A stretch of DNA of 64,000 nucleotides from Octopus sinensis (taxonomy: Eukaryota), in NCBI RefSeq assembly GCF_006345805.1, contig NC_043014.1, forward strand, positions 44,826,001-44,890,000. Reading direction: 5' to 3'. Under the pieces are notes generated by a model. It saw nothing but the letters and a program-made list of their open reading frames with translations. It did not search any database and was not told where the DNA came from. Positions 38,470-52,800 of this stretch are shown here, in pieces (the stretch's first letter is position 1; every line of letters begins with the position of its first letter). A program made the translations under genes and the position numbers.

Positions 38470-39539
38470 ATTCCCCTATCTCTAACTTCCCCTCCCATTA
38501 CCTACTTCCATCATATCTTTCCTTCATGCACCACCTTATCCACCATGTATAATGTGAGCTAGCACAGCATTTCCTTCTACTCAATCCTACCCCACTATCT
38601 TGTCACTCTCCTACTCTCTCTCTCTTTCTCACTAACTCCCTGATGTTACTTTCCTGATGTTACAAGTAGCCACTGAGTTTGCCAACGGTCCTTCAGCAAC
38701 AACACACCCTGATAAACTCAGAGGCTGCTTCTAATTTCAGACAGCAACAGACAGAGAGGATGCTCTTAAAGCTGAAAATTTGAACTTACAGAGACAATAG
38801 GCACAGGAGTGGCTGTGTGGTAAGTAGCTTGTTTACCAACCACAAGGTTCCGGGTTCAGTCCCACTGCATGGCACCTTGGGCAAGTGTCTTCTACTATAG
38901 CCTCGAGCCGTCCAAAGCCTTGTGAGTGGATTTGGTAGACAGAAACTGAAAGAAGCCCATCGTATATATGTATATATATATATATATGTATATATATATG
39001 TGTGTGTTTGTGTGTCAGTGTTTGTCCCCTAGCATTGCTTGACAACTGATGCTGGTGTGTTTATGTCCCCGTTACTTAGCGGTTCGGCAAAAGAGACCGA
39101 TAGAATAAGTACTGGGCTTACAAAAGAATAAGGCCCAGGTTCAAGTTGCTCGATTAAAGGCGGTGCTCCAGCATGGCCGCAGTCAAATGACTGAAACAAG
39201 TAAAAGAGTAAAAGAGAGAGAGAGAGTATCGACATATCGCCTGAGGAAACACAACTAGATCTCATAATGCAAGGGAAATGGTTGCATAATCAAGTACTTG
39301 CAGACCTGGAGAACTATGTTGCATAGAAACAATTGTAGTGATTGAAAATAAATGTCCATCTGTATTCCTTCTTGTTGACTCTAAATTTTTTTCCATAATT
39401 TATTCACACAGAACAGAAGACCACCAAATGCAAACCTGGAAGTACTTATAATACTACTGCTGGATAGCAGAGAGTGAAATCTGAAGGTGGACAAGCTTTA
39501 TACTGTACTCTGCTATGTTCTTAACAGAATATACCATAA

Positions 39540-39584
<45 letters not shown>

Positions 39585-39651
39585 ATATATATATAATATA
39601 TATATATATTATATATATATATACATGCATACATACACACACATATATTAC

Positions 39652-39706
<55 letters not shown>

Positions 39707-40651
39707 TACTTTATTTAAAAGCAGCAGAGATTCAACAAAACCTGTTACTCTGAGTTTCACGTTCCCATCGTCGGACAGTTTTTGTTAAAATAGAACCGAT
39801 ATGCCAATTCTATCAAGACTAGTATAAACGCTACACCTTTAAAAACGGACTTGTTTGATTGGTCCTTTCAAATAACGGGCATTTTCAAGCGATAAACAAA
39901 AATGAGCTCAATATAAAATATAAAAAAATATATATTTATATATATATATGGCACGTTAAAAACACCATTTGAGCGTGATCGTTACCTGCGTCACCTTACT
40001 AGCACTTGTGCTGGTGGCACATGAAAAAAGCATTCAAGCGAGGTTATTGTCAGTGCCACTGGATTGGCTCCTGTGCAGGTGGCACCTAAGAAGCACCATT
40101 TGAGCATGGCCGTTGCCAGTACCACCTAACAGGCCCTCGTGTCGGTGGCATGCAAAAGCACCCACTACACTCTCGGAGTCATTGGCATTAGGAAGGGCAT
40201 CCAGCTGTAGAAACTCTGCCAGATCAGATTGGAGCCTGGTGCAGCCATCTGGTTCGCCAGACCTCAGTCAAATCGTCCAACCCATGCTAGCATGGAAAGC
40301 GGACGTTAAACGATGATGATGATGAAATATATATATACATATATATACACACATATATATAAAACTGATGAGCTTCTTTTAGTTCCTGTCAATCAAATCT
40401 ACTTTCAAGGCTTTTCTCAGCCCAAGACTATAGAGGTATAGAGGAAAACACTTCCCTAATGTGCCATATGATGGGACAGAACCCAAGACCATATGATTGG
40501 AAAGCTAGCTTCTTAACCCCACAGCTGCCCTGCACCTATAACTACACCTGTGCCTATAGCCACACCTGTGACTATAGCCTGCCTGAGCTTATATCAAGTA
40601 CTATATTTTCAATAGTCTTTCCTTTTCTATAAAGCAGTAAGCTGGCAGTGG

Positions 40652-40687
<36 letters not shown>

Positions 40688-41038
40688 GGCTGCCATTTCT
40701 AGCATGTAGGGCAACCGTATGCTGTTGTCCACTGTTGTACTAATGTTATTCTATACTCTTACTGTCTATTTTGTATTTTCTGCAGAAAATACAAAACAGA
40801 CAGTTACAGAATTTAATAATCATGGGAGTCAGATCCATTTCCACATTCCTGCCATACACTCTTCCCTCAGCAATAGGTGACTTACTCCTCCTCTTCCTCC
40901 CCTCCAACTCCCAACGTCATATCATGTAAAAGTTCATCAACAAAGGTTGTATATGTGTGTGATGTTCTCTACTGGCCTGAAATCCTGAAATAATGTACTT
41001 TAATCTATTGCATTACTAACATATAACTACCTTAATTG

Positions 41039-41212
41039 CACACACACACACACAACACACACACACACCACACACACACACACACACTTATACATATACA
41101 TGTACAGATATATATATATGTATACATGTATAAGCACATATGTATATATACAGATGTGTATATATATGTGTATATACATATGCATATATATGAATGTATA
41201 TATATATGAATG

Positions 41213-41244
<32 letters not shown>

Positions 41245-41284
41245 ATATAATATATATATGTATGTATATATATATATATGTATG

Positions 41285-41316
<32 letters not shown>

Positions 41317-41355
41317 TATATAATATATATACACACACACATATATATATAATAT

Positions 41356-41386
<31 letters not shown>

Positions 41387-41419
41387 TAGATATATTATAT
41401 ATGTGTATATATGTATGTA

Positions 41420-41461
<42 letters not shown>

Positions 41462-41488
41462 GTGCAAAGATATGTGTGTATATATATA

Positions 41489-41564
<76 letters not shown>

Positions 41565-41652
41565 TATATATTTATATACAATATATATGTATGCATATAT
41601 ATATATATATACATACTAATACAGACATATGAATACACACACACACACACAT
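41039..41652. repeat. Compound (CA)n/(TA)n/(GATA)n microsatellite
   Basis: Direct inspection. Similar tracts at 39541-39705, 57595-58028 and 62156-62280. Confidence 0.95.
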
Positions 41653-42110
41653 ATCGGAATGTAAGAGCTGTTAAGTATATTAAAATATATTTACCTAGTG
41701 TAAATGTTATCTGATATAGAACTCAATCCATTGGGTAGAGTAGATATTATATCAAAAGCTGCTTGTTTACTCTGACGGCTGCAAACAGTTCAGCTATGTG
41801 TTGAACTTTGTGTAGGCTGTTAACTTTTGATATCGTTGTCATCATCATTGTCATCATCATCATTTAACATCTATTTTTCTTGATTGCATATCTTGGGATA
41901 TTCAACAGGGGTTCGTAAGGCAGAGAACTGTGCCAAGCTCCAATGTTATTGTGTACTTTGGCCTGGTCTCTATGGCTGGATGCCCTTCCTAATGCAAATA
42001 ACTTTACAGAGCATACTTGGTACCTTTTTTCTGGCACTGGCACCAATGAGGTCACACACACACATGAACACAGACACAGGCACACATGCACACAAACACA
42101 CACTACACAC

Positions 42111-42147
<37 letters not shown>

Positions 42148-45048
42148 AGCCACTACACACATTTTTTCTCTCCTTGTTTTTTCTGTGCCCCTTTCTGTAG
42201 AAGAGCGTAGGCTCAAAATGTAAAAGACTTTTTCAATTCCTGAGCCCTGTTTGTTTTGTACACCACCTGTCTTCGTCTTTTGTTTTTTTCGTGAACTCTC
42301 CCTATATATATATATATATAACACACACACATACATAAAAGGGTAAAGGGAGAAAGAGAGGAAGATAGGGAGTAGGATAATTGAGAAAGAGAAAGAAAAA
42401 ACAAAGAGGGAGGAAAAGATAGACAGACAGACAGAGAGAGGTTTCTTAACAATGATATTGTATCAGTGTGGTCAACCCATTGAAATTTAATTACAGTTCA
42501 AAATGTTATTTTTGATTCAGTCATTGTTTTTGAAAGCATCTCTTCCTCTTCCATTTTTTCTTCTCTCATTATATATACTCTTTTACTCTTTTACCCCCTT
42601 CAGTCATTTGACTGTAGCCATGCTGGAGCACCCCCTTTAGTCGAGCAAATTGATTCCAGGACTTATTCTTTGTAAGCCTAGTACTTATTCTATTGGTCTC
42701 TTTTGCAGAACCGCTAAGTTACAAGAACGTAAACACACCAGCATCGGTTGTCAAGCGATGTTGGGGGGACAAACACAGACACAAACATATACACACACAT
42801 ACATATATACAACGGGCTTCTTTCAGTTTCTGTCTACCAAATCCACTCACAAGACTTTGGTCAGCCCGAGGCTATAGTAGAAGACACTTGCCCAAGGTAC
42901 CATGCAGTGGGACTGAACCTGGAACCATGTGGTTGGTAAGCAAGCTACTTACCACACAGCCACTCCTATGCCTATAAATGAAAAGATGTGTATATCTACA
43001 AACATATTAATATGTATTTACAAATATGTATTTACAAATATATTGATATGAGAGAAGAAAAAAGGAAAGAGGAAGATGCTTTGGAAAGCAATGACTGACT
43101 GAAGAATAATTGTAATTAAACATCAATTCCTCCCCTACCATTAATATAATGGAATTGCTTCAAGTAACTACACCATTTTTTTTACAGATTTGTGGCCAGA
43201 TGTCAAAACGACACAGAAATAATTCCAAGATATTAACCACAGTAAATGCAATATTTAAGTTTGTGTTAACATATTTAATGCATGAACATTCGAAAAGCTA
43301 ATTAGAAGTAAATATGCAGCGAGGAGAAAACGATATTTGTTGACGACTAAAATTAACCAGTCAAGTACTGGGGTAGGAATTAATTCACTGTATCTTCAGC
43401 TAAAATATGTGGCCATGTGCCAATGTTCAAAAGGAATATCATTTTCTTCTTTTAAACTATGATACTTGAAAACCGACAGGAATTCAACTGTGAGATTACA
43501 ATTATGATGTCATTAGGGAAGAGGATTATGGGATATCAGGAGTGATAAGGTTTCTATATTTGATGTCTAAGAGGTGTTGGAGGTATGTGGTTAACTATGA
43601 TAATAAGACAGTATTGGAGTCTTGAGTGTGAAATTACAACTCTATGATCGTTGGGGAAGATTTATATAAAAGTAGTTGTGATAAGCTCTGTATGTTTGAT
43701 GTCTAATAAGATGGACAAATAGTAAATTATGATAGGAATTAAAACTACTCTGTTACTATCAGCCAGGATATTCATTTCTGATGGCTGAGTTAGTGTTAAT
43801 AGTTGATGCAGAGGAGATTAAACACTAAATATAGATATATAGAGAGAAAAGATCCATAGCTGGTAGAGCAGTACAGAAATTGGGGTTGGCAGGCATGTCA
43901 TGTTACAAGGCAAATGAAGTGGGCTGCTGAGGTTTTATGGGGTTGTTCATTTTTGGAAGGCTCTGATGCAGCAAGTAGGAGGGATATAAATTTCATAAAT
44001 TGAAGCAGCAGAGAAGGTCGCAAGGTGGCTTAGGATGAAGAGGGCAGACCAGTTGTTTGCTGATCTTGAGATGCAAGCTGGGGACTTGATTAACTGGGTA
44101 AGGCGGGGTCTAATGTCGAAAGATCCAAAGTCCAATCAGCTGGCCAAAAATGAGTAATTCTGTGACAGACTGGCATCCTGTCCAGGGGAAATATATATTA
44201 TATGCCATGGAATGTGGAGAACCAGCCTTACGAGTCAATGACTTTTGAAGGACCTTTAATCCTTTTGATATATATGTATATATATATATATATAATATAT
44301 ATATATATATATTATATATATTATATACATATAGACACATTATTGTCTTTACAGACAACGTAGAAAAAATACACCTGTCACAAATGACAAAAGTAGAAAA
44401 AAAATATTTCACCCTGTATCGGACAAAGTTCACAATAATTAATTGACAACAATTTTCTGCCCCATAGGATGAAAATACTATCAAAACAGCGTCAAAAATT
44501 CGATTCACACGGGAATCCACAAAAAGTATAACAATTAGCAAAAATCACCAACAGAAAATAAGACTCACACTAGTAAAGATTCCAGCAGCAAACGATGTAG
44601 TGAAGAGAGGCAGCTCTGGAGATGTACCTAAGAAAGGCAAACCTGAAGGAACTAAATAAAGCTTATAGCTTTATATATAATTCGGCCAACATATTGACTG
44701 ATTTGCGTTAGTAGATCGCCCGATTAAGAAAACTATCCGAGTAATGGTGCAAAGCAGTGTTTACGTATAATTATAATTTAGATTAATTGAAATATGTTTG
44801 TCACATATTTTTACTCCACAGTAACTGTAGTGTATTTGCGTTTAGCAGTTGAAATATGGGACAAACATATTTCAACTAACCTAAACTGTGCCATGTAAAA
44901 AGCACTAAGTCCACTCTGCTGAGTGGTTGGTGTTAGGAAGGGCATCCAGCTGTAAAATTCTTGCCAAAATAGTCACAGAAGTCTGGTGTACGCTTCAGCC
45001 TGGCCAGCTCTTGTAGTACCGTCCCACCCATGCTAGCATGGAAGAAGG

Positions 45049-45079
<31 letters not shown>

Positions 45080-45314
45080 TATCTTTCTCTTTTACTCTCT
45101 TTTACTTGTTTCAGTCATTTGACTGCGGCCATGCTGGAGCACCGCCTTTAGTCGAGCAAATCGACCCCGGAACTTATTCTTTGTAAGCCCAGTACTTATT
45201 CTATCGGTCTCTTTTTGCCGAACCGCTAAGTAACGGGGACGTAAACACACCAGCATCGGTTGTCAAGCAATGCTAGGGGGACAAACACAGACACGCAAAC
45301 ACACACACACATAT

Positions 45315-45602
45315 AATAATAATAATAATAATTGTGTACAGTGCTCAGGTGCACTACAACTCATCTAAAGTGTATATATAATCAGGTGTAGTTTCGACGG
45401 ATTTCGGGAAGCATGAGGGCCTTAAAGGATGCAGTGTCATGGCAGTCAACAACTGATGCAGGCAGTTTATTCCACGCTTCAGCAACCCTGAGCATGAAAA
45501 AATGTTTCCGAAAGTCATGGGAGCTGTGCTGTTTTCTGACTTTGTAGGCATGTCCACGTGTGTTAGACACATAGAGATCAAAAAGGTGTTCAGTGTTGTT
45601 GT
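45315..45602 (-). mobile_element. CR1 LINE 3' fragment nested in a family A SINE microsatellite
   Basis: TRGHAYKV...RKHFFMLRVAEAWNKLP...FK with a (TAT)n tail. Confidence 0.8.
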
Positions 45603-46140
45603 TATATATATATATATATACATATATACGACAGGCTTCTTTCAGTTTCCGTCTACCAAATCCACTCACAAGGCTTTGGTCGGCCCGGGGCTATAGCAGA
45701 AGACACTTGCCCAAGATGCCACGCAGTGGGACTGAAACCGGAACCATGTGGCTGGTTAGCAAGCTACTTACCACACAGCCACTCCACTACATAATGTTTT
45801 CATTTTTACAGGCAATGTAAGCAACAATTCTAGACATGACTCGACTTTATTTTCCCACCCCCTGCAAAGGTTTTCTAGATTATATGATTTTAAAAGAATT
45901 CTATTTTTGTATATCGAAAATTATGATGGCTTGTATAATTTACTTAGTGAATCATTCATCCCTATTTCGACTACTAAGACGTGAACACATCTGGAGTTGT
46001 CTCCTATGCTTTCTTCTTGAACCTACTTTCAACTTATTACAGACAAAACACACATCTAAGCGCTATTGCTTTTATATATGTGTGTGTGTGTGTGTGTGTG
46101 TATCTGTGTCTGTGTGTATGTATATGTATGTATGTATGTA

Positions 46141-46171
<31 letters not shown>

Positions 46172-47460
46172 GTATGTATGTATGTATGTATATGATATTA
46201 TTTAACTGTCACGTTTAACCAGTGGCCTAAACTTATTAGACACCATTCCAAGGTATCCAAGTCTTTTATAGTTATCATATAATTATCTAATCTTCCATAC
46301 GGGATCTTAATACTGTGCAAGTATCCTGTTTCCCAGTCATCTAACTAAATTGACTCCATTACAATGCATCTTACAACTAAGGTTATAATATTTATCTCTT
46401 CTAATTACTGCATTTGTTGTAATCATCTGGATTAGATCTTCATGCTATTTAACTATCGTAATCAACCATTTGTCTAATCTCAGGAATGAGATCTTGATAC
46501 TTCACAACCATTTCGTTCCTTGATTCCTATTTTTGATATTCCCTAATACTGGAATGATAGAAATGGTAGTACACTAGACTAAATAGGTTATTTACTAGAA
46601 CTTTTTTTTTGCGTGAGTTCATGGCTGTTTCCTGCACCTGCTTCACATAGAAGCCCCAGCCCATCCAAAGTACCTTGGATCGCAGGATGGCCTGCTGTGG
46701 TTTACTTTGGATCGTAGGGCCTGAGGAGACCTATTGAGTCAAGTACATCAACATAAAAAAATGAAATGGAAATTGTAGTTGCGATACCAGTATCGGTGGT
46801 ATGTAAAGAGCACCATCTGAACATGGCTGATGCCAGTGCCGCCTTGTCTGGCTTCCGTGCTGCTGGCACGTAAAACGCACCAACCAATCAAGGCCATTGC
46901 CAGCCTCACCTGGCCCCTGTGCTGGTGGCACATAAAAAGCACCCACTACACTCGCGGAGTGGTTGCCGTTAGGAAGGGCATCCAGCTGTAGAAACACTGC
47001 CAGATCAGACTGGAGCCTGGTGCAGCCTCCTAGCTTCCCAGACCCCAGTCGAACCGTCCAACCTATGCTAGCAGGGAAAACGGATGTTAAACGATGATGA
47101 TGATGATGATGAAAGAAGCATCAATGACAATTCAAAACCAACAAGACCTGTGGGGAGGAAGGCCTACCCTTAGGGAAATATGACGTGATGCAGCAAAATC
47201 TGAAAGGAAACTTATCCTGCACGATCAGGCTCTGGTCTGGAACCCAAAAAAGAAACAAAAGAGAAGATACACTAAAAATAACTGGCGGTAGGATACTGAG
47301 GTACGGTTGAAAAATGCAGGGATCTAATGGAGAGAAGTAGGAAAGAGAGCTGAGAGTTTAGAATAGAGGAGAAAAGCTACCAATGGCCTCTACTCCATTG
47401 GGAGCAAAAAGCTTCTGACTATTATCACAATTCATTGGTACATGCCATGTATTTAGCCTG

Positions 47461-48287
47461 TGGAGGCACATGGCCTAGTGGTTAGAGCAGCAGACTCGCA
47501 GTCGAGAGATCGTGGGTCGAATCTCAGACTGGGCGGTGTGTGTGTTTATGAGTGAAACACCTAAGCTCCACGCGGCTCCGGCAGAAGGTAATGGCAAAAC
47601 TTCTGCTGACTCTTTCGCCACAACTTTTCTCTCACTCTTTCCTCCTGCATCTTGCAGCTCACCTGCGATGGACCGTTGTCCCATCCAATCCAGGTGGGGA
47701 ACTTATATGCCAAGGAAACTGGGAAACTGGCCCTTATGAGCCAGGCATGGCTCGAGAAGGGATCGTGAGTTCGAATCTCAGACCAGGCAATGTGTGTGTT
47801 TATGAGCAAAACACCTAAGCTCCACGCGGCTCCAGCAGAAGGTAATGGCGAAACTTCTTCTGACTCTTTCGCCAAAACTTTCTCTCATTTTTTCCTCCTG
47901 CATCTTGCAGCTCACCTGCGACGGACTGGCGTCCTGTCCAGGTGGGGAACCTATACGCCAAGGAAACCGGGAAACCGGCCTTTATGAGCCAGGTATGGCT
48001 CGAGAAGGAACAAACAAACTCGCGGTCGAGGGATTGAGGGTCGAATCTCAGACCGGGCGATGTGTGTGTTTATGAGTGAAACGCCTAAGCTCCACGTGGC
48101 TCCGGCAGAAGGTAATGGTGAACTTCTGCTGACTCTTTTGCCACAACTTTCTCTCACTCTTTCCTCCTCCTGCATCTTGCAGCTCACCTGCGACGGGCCG
48201 GCATCCCATCCAAGGAAACCGGGAAACTGGGAAACCGGCCCTATGAGCCAGGCAAGGCTCGAGAAGGAACAAACACACAAACAACAA
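47461..48287 (+). mobile_element. SINE family D2 head-to-tail trimer
   Basis: Three ~270-300-bp units inside one TSD (catgtatttagcct). Monomers at 17499-17797(-) and 27666-27952(-), dimer at 56248-56807(-). Confidence 0.85.
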
Positions 48288-49783
48288 CATGTATTTAGCC
48301 TCAAGTAAAATAAGAAATTTAAGTAATAAAAATGTTGAAAGTAATGAATAAGTGGCAGCTACAGTTTTGAAACATAAGCCATATCAACTGCTGTTGGTGT
48401 GTTTGGTAGATAGAGGGGATATTTTCCGCCTTTAATATTTTTTTCTTTCTTTCTTTTTTTGTTAGGATAAAAATTATTAATAATGTTTGTCCATGCTTAT
48501 TTGACACACTAGAGTACCTTTCAAAGAGAAATTTTGCTGAGATCAGCATTCCGTTTTTTCGCCAGCAGTTTCTGCTCCAACCCTAACGACTATAAATCTC
48601 AAATCTGATTCTTGAAGAAAGCTCTTGAAAAGGATTAAGTATGCTAATGTCGTAGAATAAAAATAATCCAACATTCTTTAGACAACTTCGGTAGTTGTTG
48701 CTGATTGAGTTAACGTAAGAGGAAAGACATCCTGACTTGTTTTAAACTACATTCATTACCTAATGTGTGTGTGTGTGTGCATGTGCACATGTCTCTCTCT
48801 CTCTTTCTTTATGATGAAGGGATATAATTTCAGAGTTTTAGCTACTATTTCTTGCAACCTGAACAGTAAGCAGTAAAACAGGGCTTCACCCATCTATGGA
48901 TTGCATTTGGTTTTATGAAAATAAGAAAATTGGGGAAAATTGGAAGAACATAGCTAGGGCTAATTTAAGAAAAGTCCCCCTTACATTTTTATTTCAATTA
49001 TTAGATAATATTTAATAATATGATAAAATGATAAACGTTGCCCTTTTCAAGCCTAGCCAGGCTCATGGGCCCAGTTTCCCGGTTTCTGTGGCGTATGTGT
49101 TCCCCCCAGCTAGACGGGACACCAGTCCATCAAAGCGTTACTCAAGAAACAGGAACAGAGAGTGAGAGAAAGTTGTGGCGAAAGAGTACAACAGGGGTCG
49201 CCACCACCCCCTGCTGGGGCCTCGTGGAACTTTAGGTGTTTTTGCTCAAGAAACACACATAACGCCTGGTCTGCGAATTGAAACCGCGATCCTCCGACCG
49301 AGAGTCCGTTGCCTTAACCACTGGGCCATTGCGCCTCTAATATTTAATAATAGAGGTAATTAATTATTGAATAGTGCAAATATTTTATCTCTTCCTTCTG
49401 AACATCCAATGAAATATTTACAGTGCAAAACTGATCTAAAGATTATTTCAACAGAATTTGTATCCATAACTCCACTCTTGCTTCTCGAATACAGTTTTCC
49501 ATTCTATCCAGGACTTGTTTTCCTTTAAACTTGACTGTCAAAGAGTGAAGAAGATAAGATGAATGAGAGATAAACCTCCTCTGAGTGATAATATTAGTCT
49601 GTAACCATCTGTAAAAGTCTTGATCAGGAGTGGCTGTGTGGTAAGTAGCTTGTTTACCAACCACATGGTTCTGGGTTCAGTCCCACAGCGTGGCGCCTTG
49701 GGCAAGTGTCTTCTACTATAGCCTCAGGCCAACCAAAGCCTTGTGAGTGGATTTGGTAGACAGAAACTGAAAGAAGCCCATCG

Positions 49784-49814
<31 letters not shown>

Positions 49815-52800
49815 TTGTGTGTCTGTCCCCCCAACATCACTTGACAACCGATGCTGGTGTGTTTACGTCCCCTGTAACTTAGCAGTTTGAAAAAAAGAGC
49901 CTGACAAAATAAGTACCAGGCTTATAAAGAATAAGTCCTGGGGTCGATTTGCTCGACTAAAGGCGGTGCTCCAGCATGGCCGCAGTCAAATGACTGAAAC
50001 AAGTAAAAGAGTCAAAGAGTAAACCTTTAATCAAGGGAGTTCTGCTATGATCCTCTTGCCTTTTATTTAGGCACGATGTATCTAGGAAGGACCAAACTAG
50101 CTAATGTGCTTTTCTTTCGGTTGTTTTTGAGATTGTACAGTGTAATATGATGTAATGAGAAAGATTTGCTGTTATTTCTAGAAGGACAAGCGAATATTTA
50201 GATACTTGAAGGAAGCAGCTTTCTCACTTCAAAGGCGGTAAGCTGGCAGAAATGTTAGCACGCCGGGCGAAATGTGTAGCCATGTTTTTTCATCTGCTGT
50301 TACATTCTGAGTTAAAATTCCGCCAAGGTCAACTTTGCTCTTCATCCTTTTGGGGTCGATAAATTAAGTACCAGTTATGCACTGGGGGTCGATATAATCA
50401 ATTTAATCTGTCTGTCTGTCCTTGTTTGTCCTCTCTGTGTTTAGCCCTTTGTGGGTAGTAAAGAAATAGGTTCCTCACTTCAAAACTTGGTAAATATTTT
50501 ACATACACAGGTGAATTGAAGCATGTAGAATAAAGCATCCTGGTCAGAGACAGCAATGATGTAACAACCACAACAGTGGTTTGAACTCACGATGAAGAGT
50601 TTATAGCTGAGTATGTTTTCTATTTGGCCATTTCGAACTTACAGCATTCAATGCACTGTTACACCAGTAATCAAATGTCAAAAAGATATTTCTTTTCCTT
50701 TTGCTTCTCTGTAACAAATATGTTTAATATTTTAATGAAGAAACTTATCTGAGGTAATATGACCCTTGGATTTGTAATCTACGTGAAGTGGTTACAGTTT
50801 GTGAGTTCAGGCTGGTTCTGTAAGCCAATATATCAAAATGAGATGGGTGGTGCCAAGGAAGGGGAATTAACATGAGCCAATGTAGAAACTGAAGGATTAT
50901 AGCAAGCTAGTCAAAAATTGCTCGATAGTTGCTCTTTGCTTAGAGATTTCATTAAAGTACATCCAACCCTGTATCTTGATACTGTTTTTCACTTGGGGTA
51001 ATAATACTTCGAACCATTCCACTCCATTGTACCAATTTCAGACTTCTGGAGTATGTATGTAACTAAGTAACATAGATTCGTACTTGTAATGTTCGTTATT
51101 TCTTTCACCTCTCCAAGGAAAATGTGCTTGTGTCATCATGGGATGGGATCAGGTTGTTATTGTATGTTTTGCAGACGGGGATCACAAAAGTTATATCTGT
51201 GTTTTGGAAGGGGATGGGATTAGGAAAAAAAATTATGTCTGTGTTTTGTGGGGATAGGGGTCAGAAATGTTATGTTTGCATTTTGGATAACAGGGACAAG
51301 GGTTCTAGTTGATCCTATCAACAACCTGCTCATGAAATTAATGTATTTCTTTACTACCCACAAGGGACTAAACACAGAGAAGACAAACAAGGACAGACAA
51401 AGGGATTAAGTCGATTACATCGACCCCAGTGCATAACTGGTACTTAATTTATCGACCCAGAAAGAATGAAAGGCAAAGTCGACCTCGGCAGAATTTGAAC
51501 TCAGAACGTAATGGCAGACAAAATATGGCTATGCATTTTGCCCCGCGTGCTAACATTTCTGCCAGCTCATGTGCAAGTGGCTGAGTACTCCACAGGCATG
51601 CATACCATTAATGTAGTTTTCAGAGAGGTTCAGCATGACCCAGACTGTGACAAAGCTGGCTCTTTGAAATACAGGTACTACTCATTTTTGCCAGCTGAGT
51701 GTACTGGGGCAGTGTGAAATAAAGTGTCTTGCTCAAGGACAATGTGCTGTCTTGCCTCAAATTCATGACCTTACGATTGTGAGCTGCATATCCTAACCAC
51801 TAAGCCATATGTGTTTTGGTTATAAGATGAGAAAAATTATATTTGTGTTTGAGGGAAGAATTGTGTAAGTAGAATATTTTTTTTAAATTGCCATTTAGTC
51901 AGGAAAGAAAAGGCAGTGTCCATGGTTCTTTATTTTCCAGGGCCTTCAAGAATGGTGGCAGAAAAGTGAGGAAGTTATCCTCAAACTGGGAATCTTGTCC
52001 ATATTCTTAGAACAGAGTAAATTCTGTAACTGTCTTACAAATAGTTTCTTTCGTTTCCGCTCTGTAACACAGCTGGACCTTTGAATTTTGGGTTCACTCC
52101 ACCCAAAGAGCTTCCACACAGCTTCCATTAACCCAGTTTCACTCACAAGGTTTAATTTTACTCGTAGATTATGGTAAAAAAATACTTAAGCCAGATTATT
52201 ACTGGTACTTATTTAATAGACATATTGAATCCTCAAACTCTTTCTCCATTTCATCATGGACAGCCACTTGGTCAGAGAGAGAGAGACAAGCCACAAGAAG
52301 TGTTGCACAAAAGATTATCACACCAGTTCACTTTTGTCATTGTTCAGGAATCTTTGAGGTTGTATAGGTTTCAGCGTGATCATCATCATCATCATCTTTG
52401 TTTAACGTCCGCTTTCCATGCTAGCATAGGTTGGACAATTTGACTGAGGACTGGCGAACCAGATGGCTGCACCAGGCTCCAATCTTGATCTGGCAGAGTT
52501 TCTACAGCTGGATGCCCTTCCTAATGCCAACCACTCTGAGAGTGTAGTGGGTTCTTTTACGTGCCACCGGCACAAGGGCCAGTCAGGCGGTACTGGCAAT
52601 GGTCACGGAAAATCGTGTTTTTTTTTAACGTGTCACCTGCACACTGGCACAAGTGCTAGTAAGGTGACGCAGGTAACGATCACGCTCGAATGGTGCTTTT
52701 TACGTGCCACTGGCATGAACACCAGTTAGCTGTTCTGGCAACGATCACACTCGGATGAGGCTCTTAGTGCTCCACTACTCATGCATTATCAGCCTCAACC

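Noticed and set aside
40786-40947. Possible plus-strand exon after a ttttctgcag acceptor (divergent gene)
   Set aside because: No recognisable protein, stops in all frames over the full length, and no phase-consistent partner exons found. A lncRNA cannot be excluded.
41027-41650. YI/CV-rich ORFs (also 39454-39760, 54149-54380, 57398-57960)
   Set aside because: Microsatellite translations.
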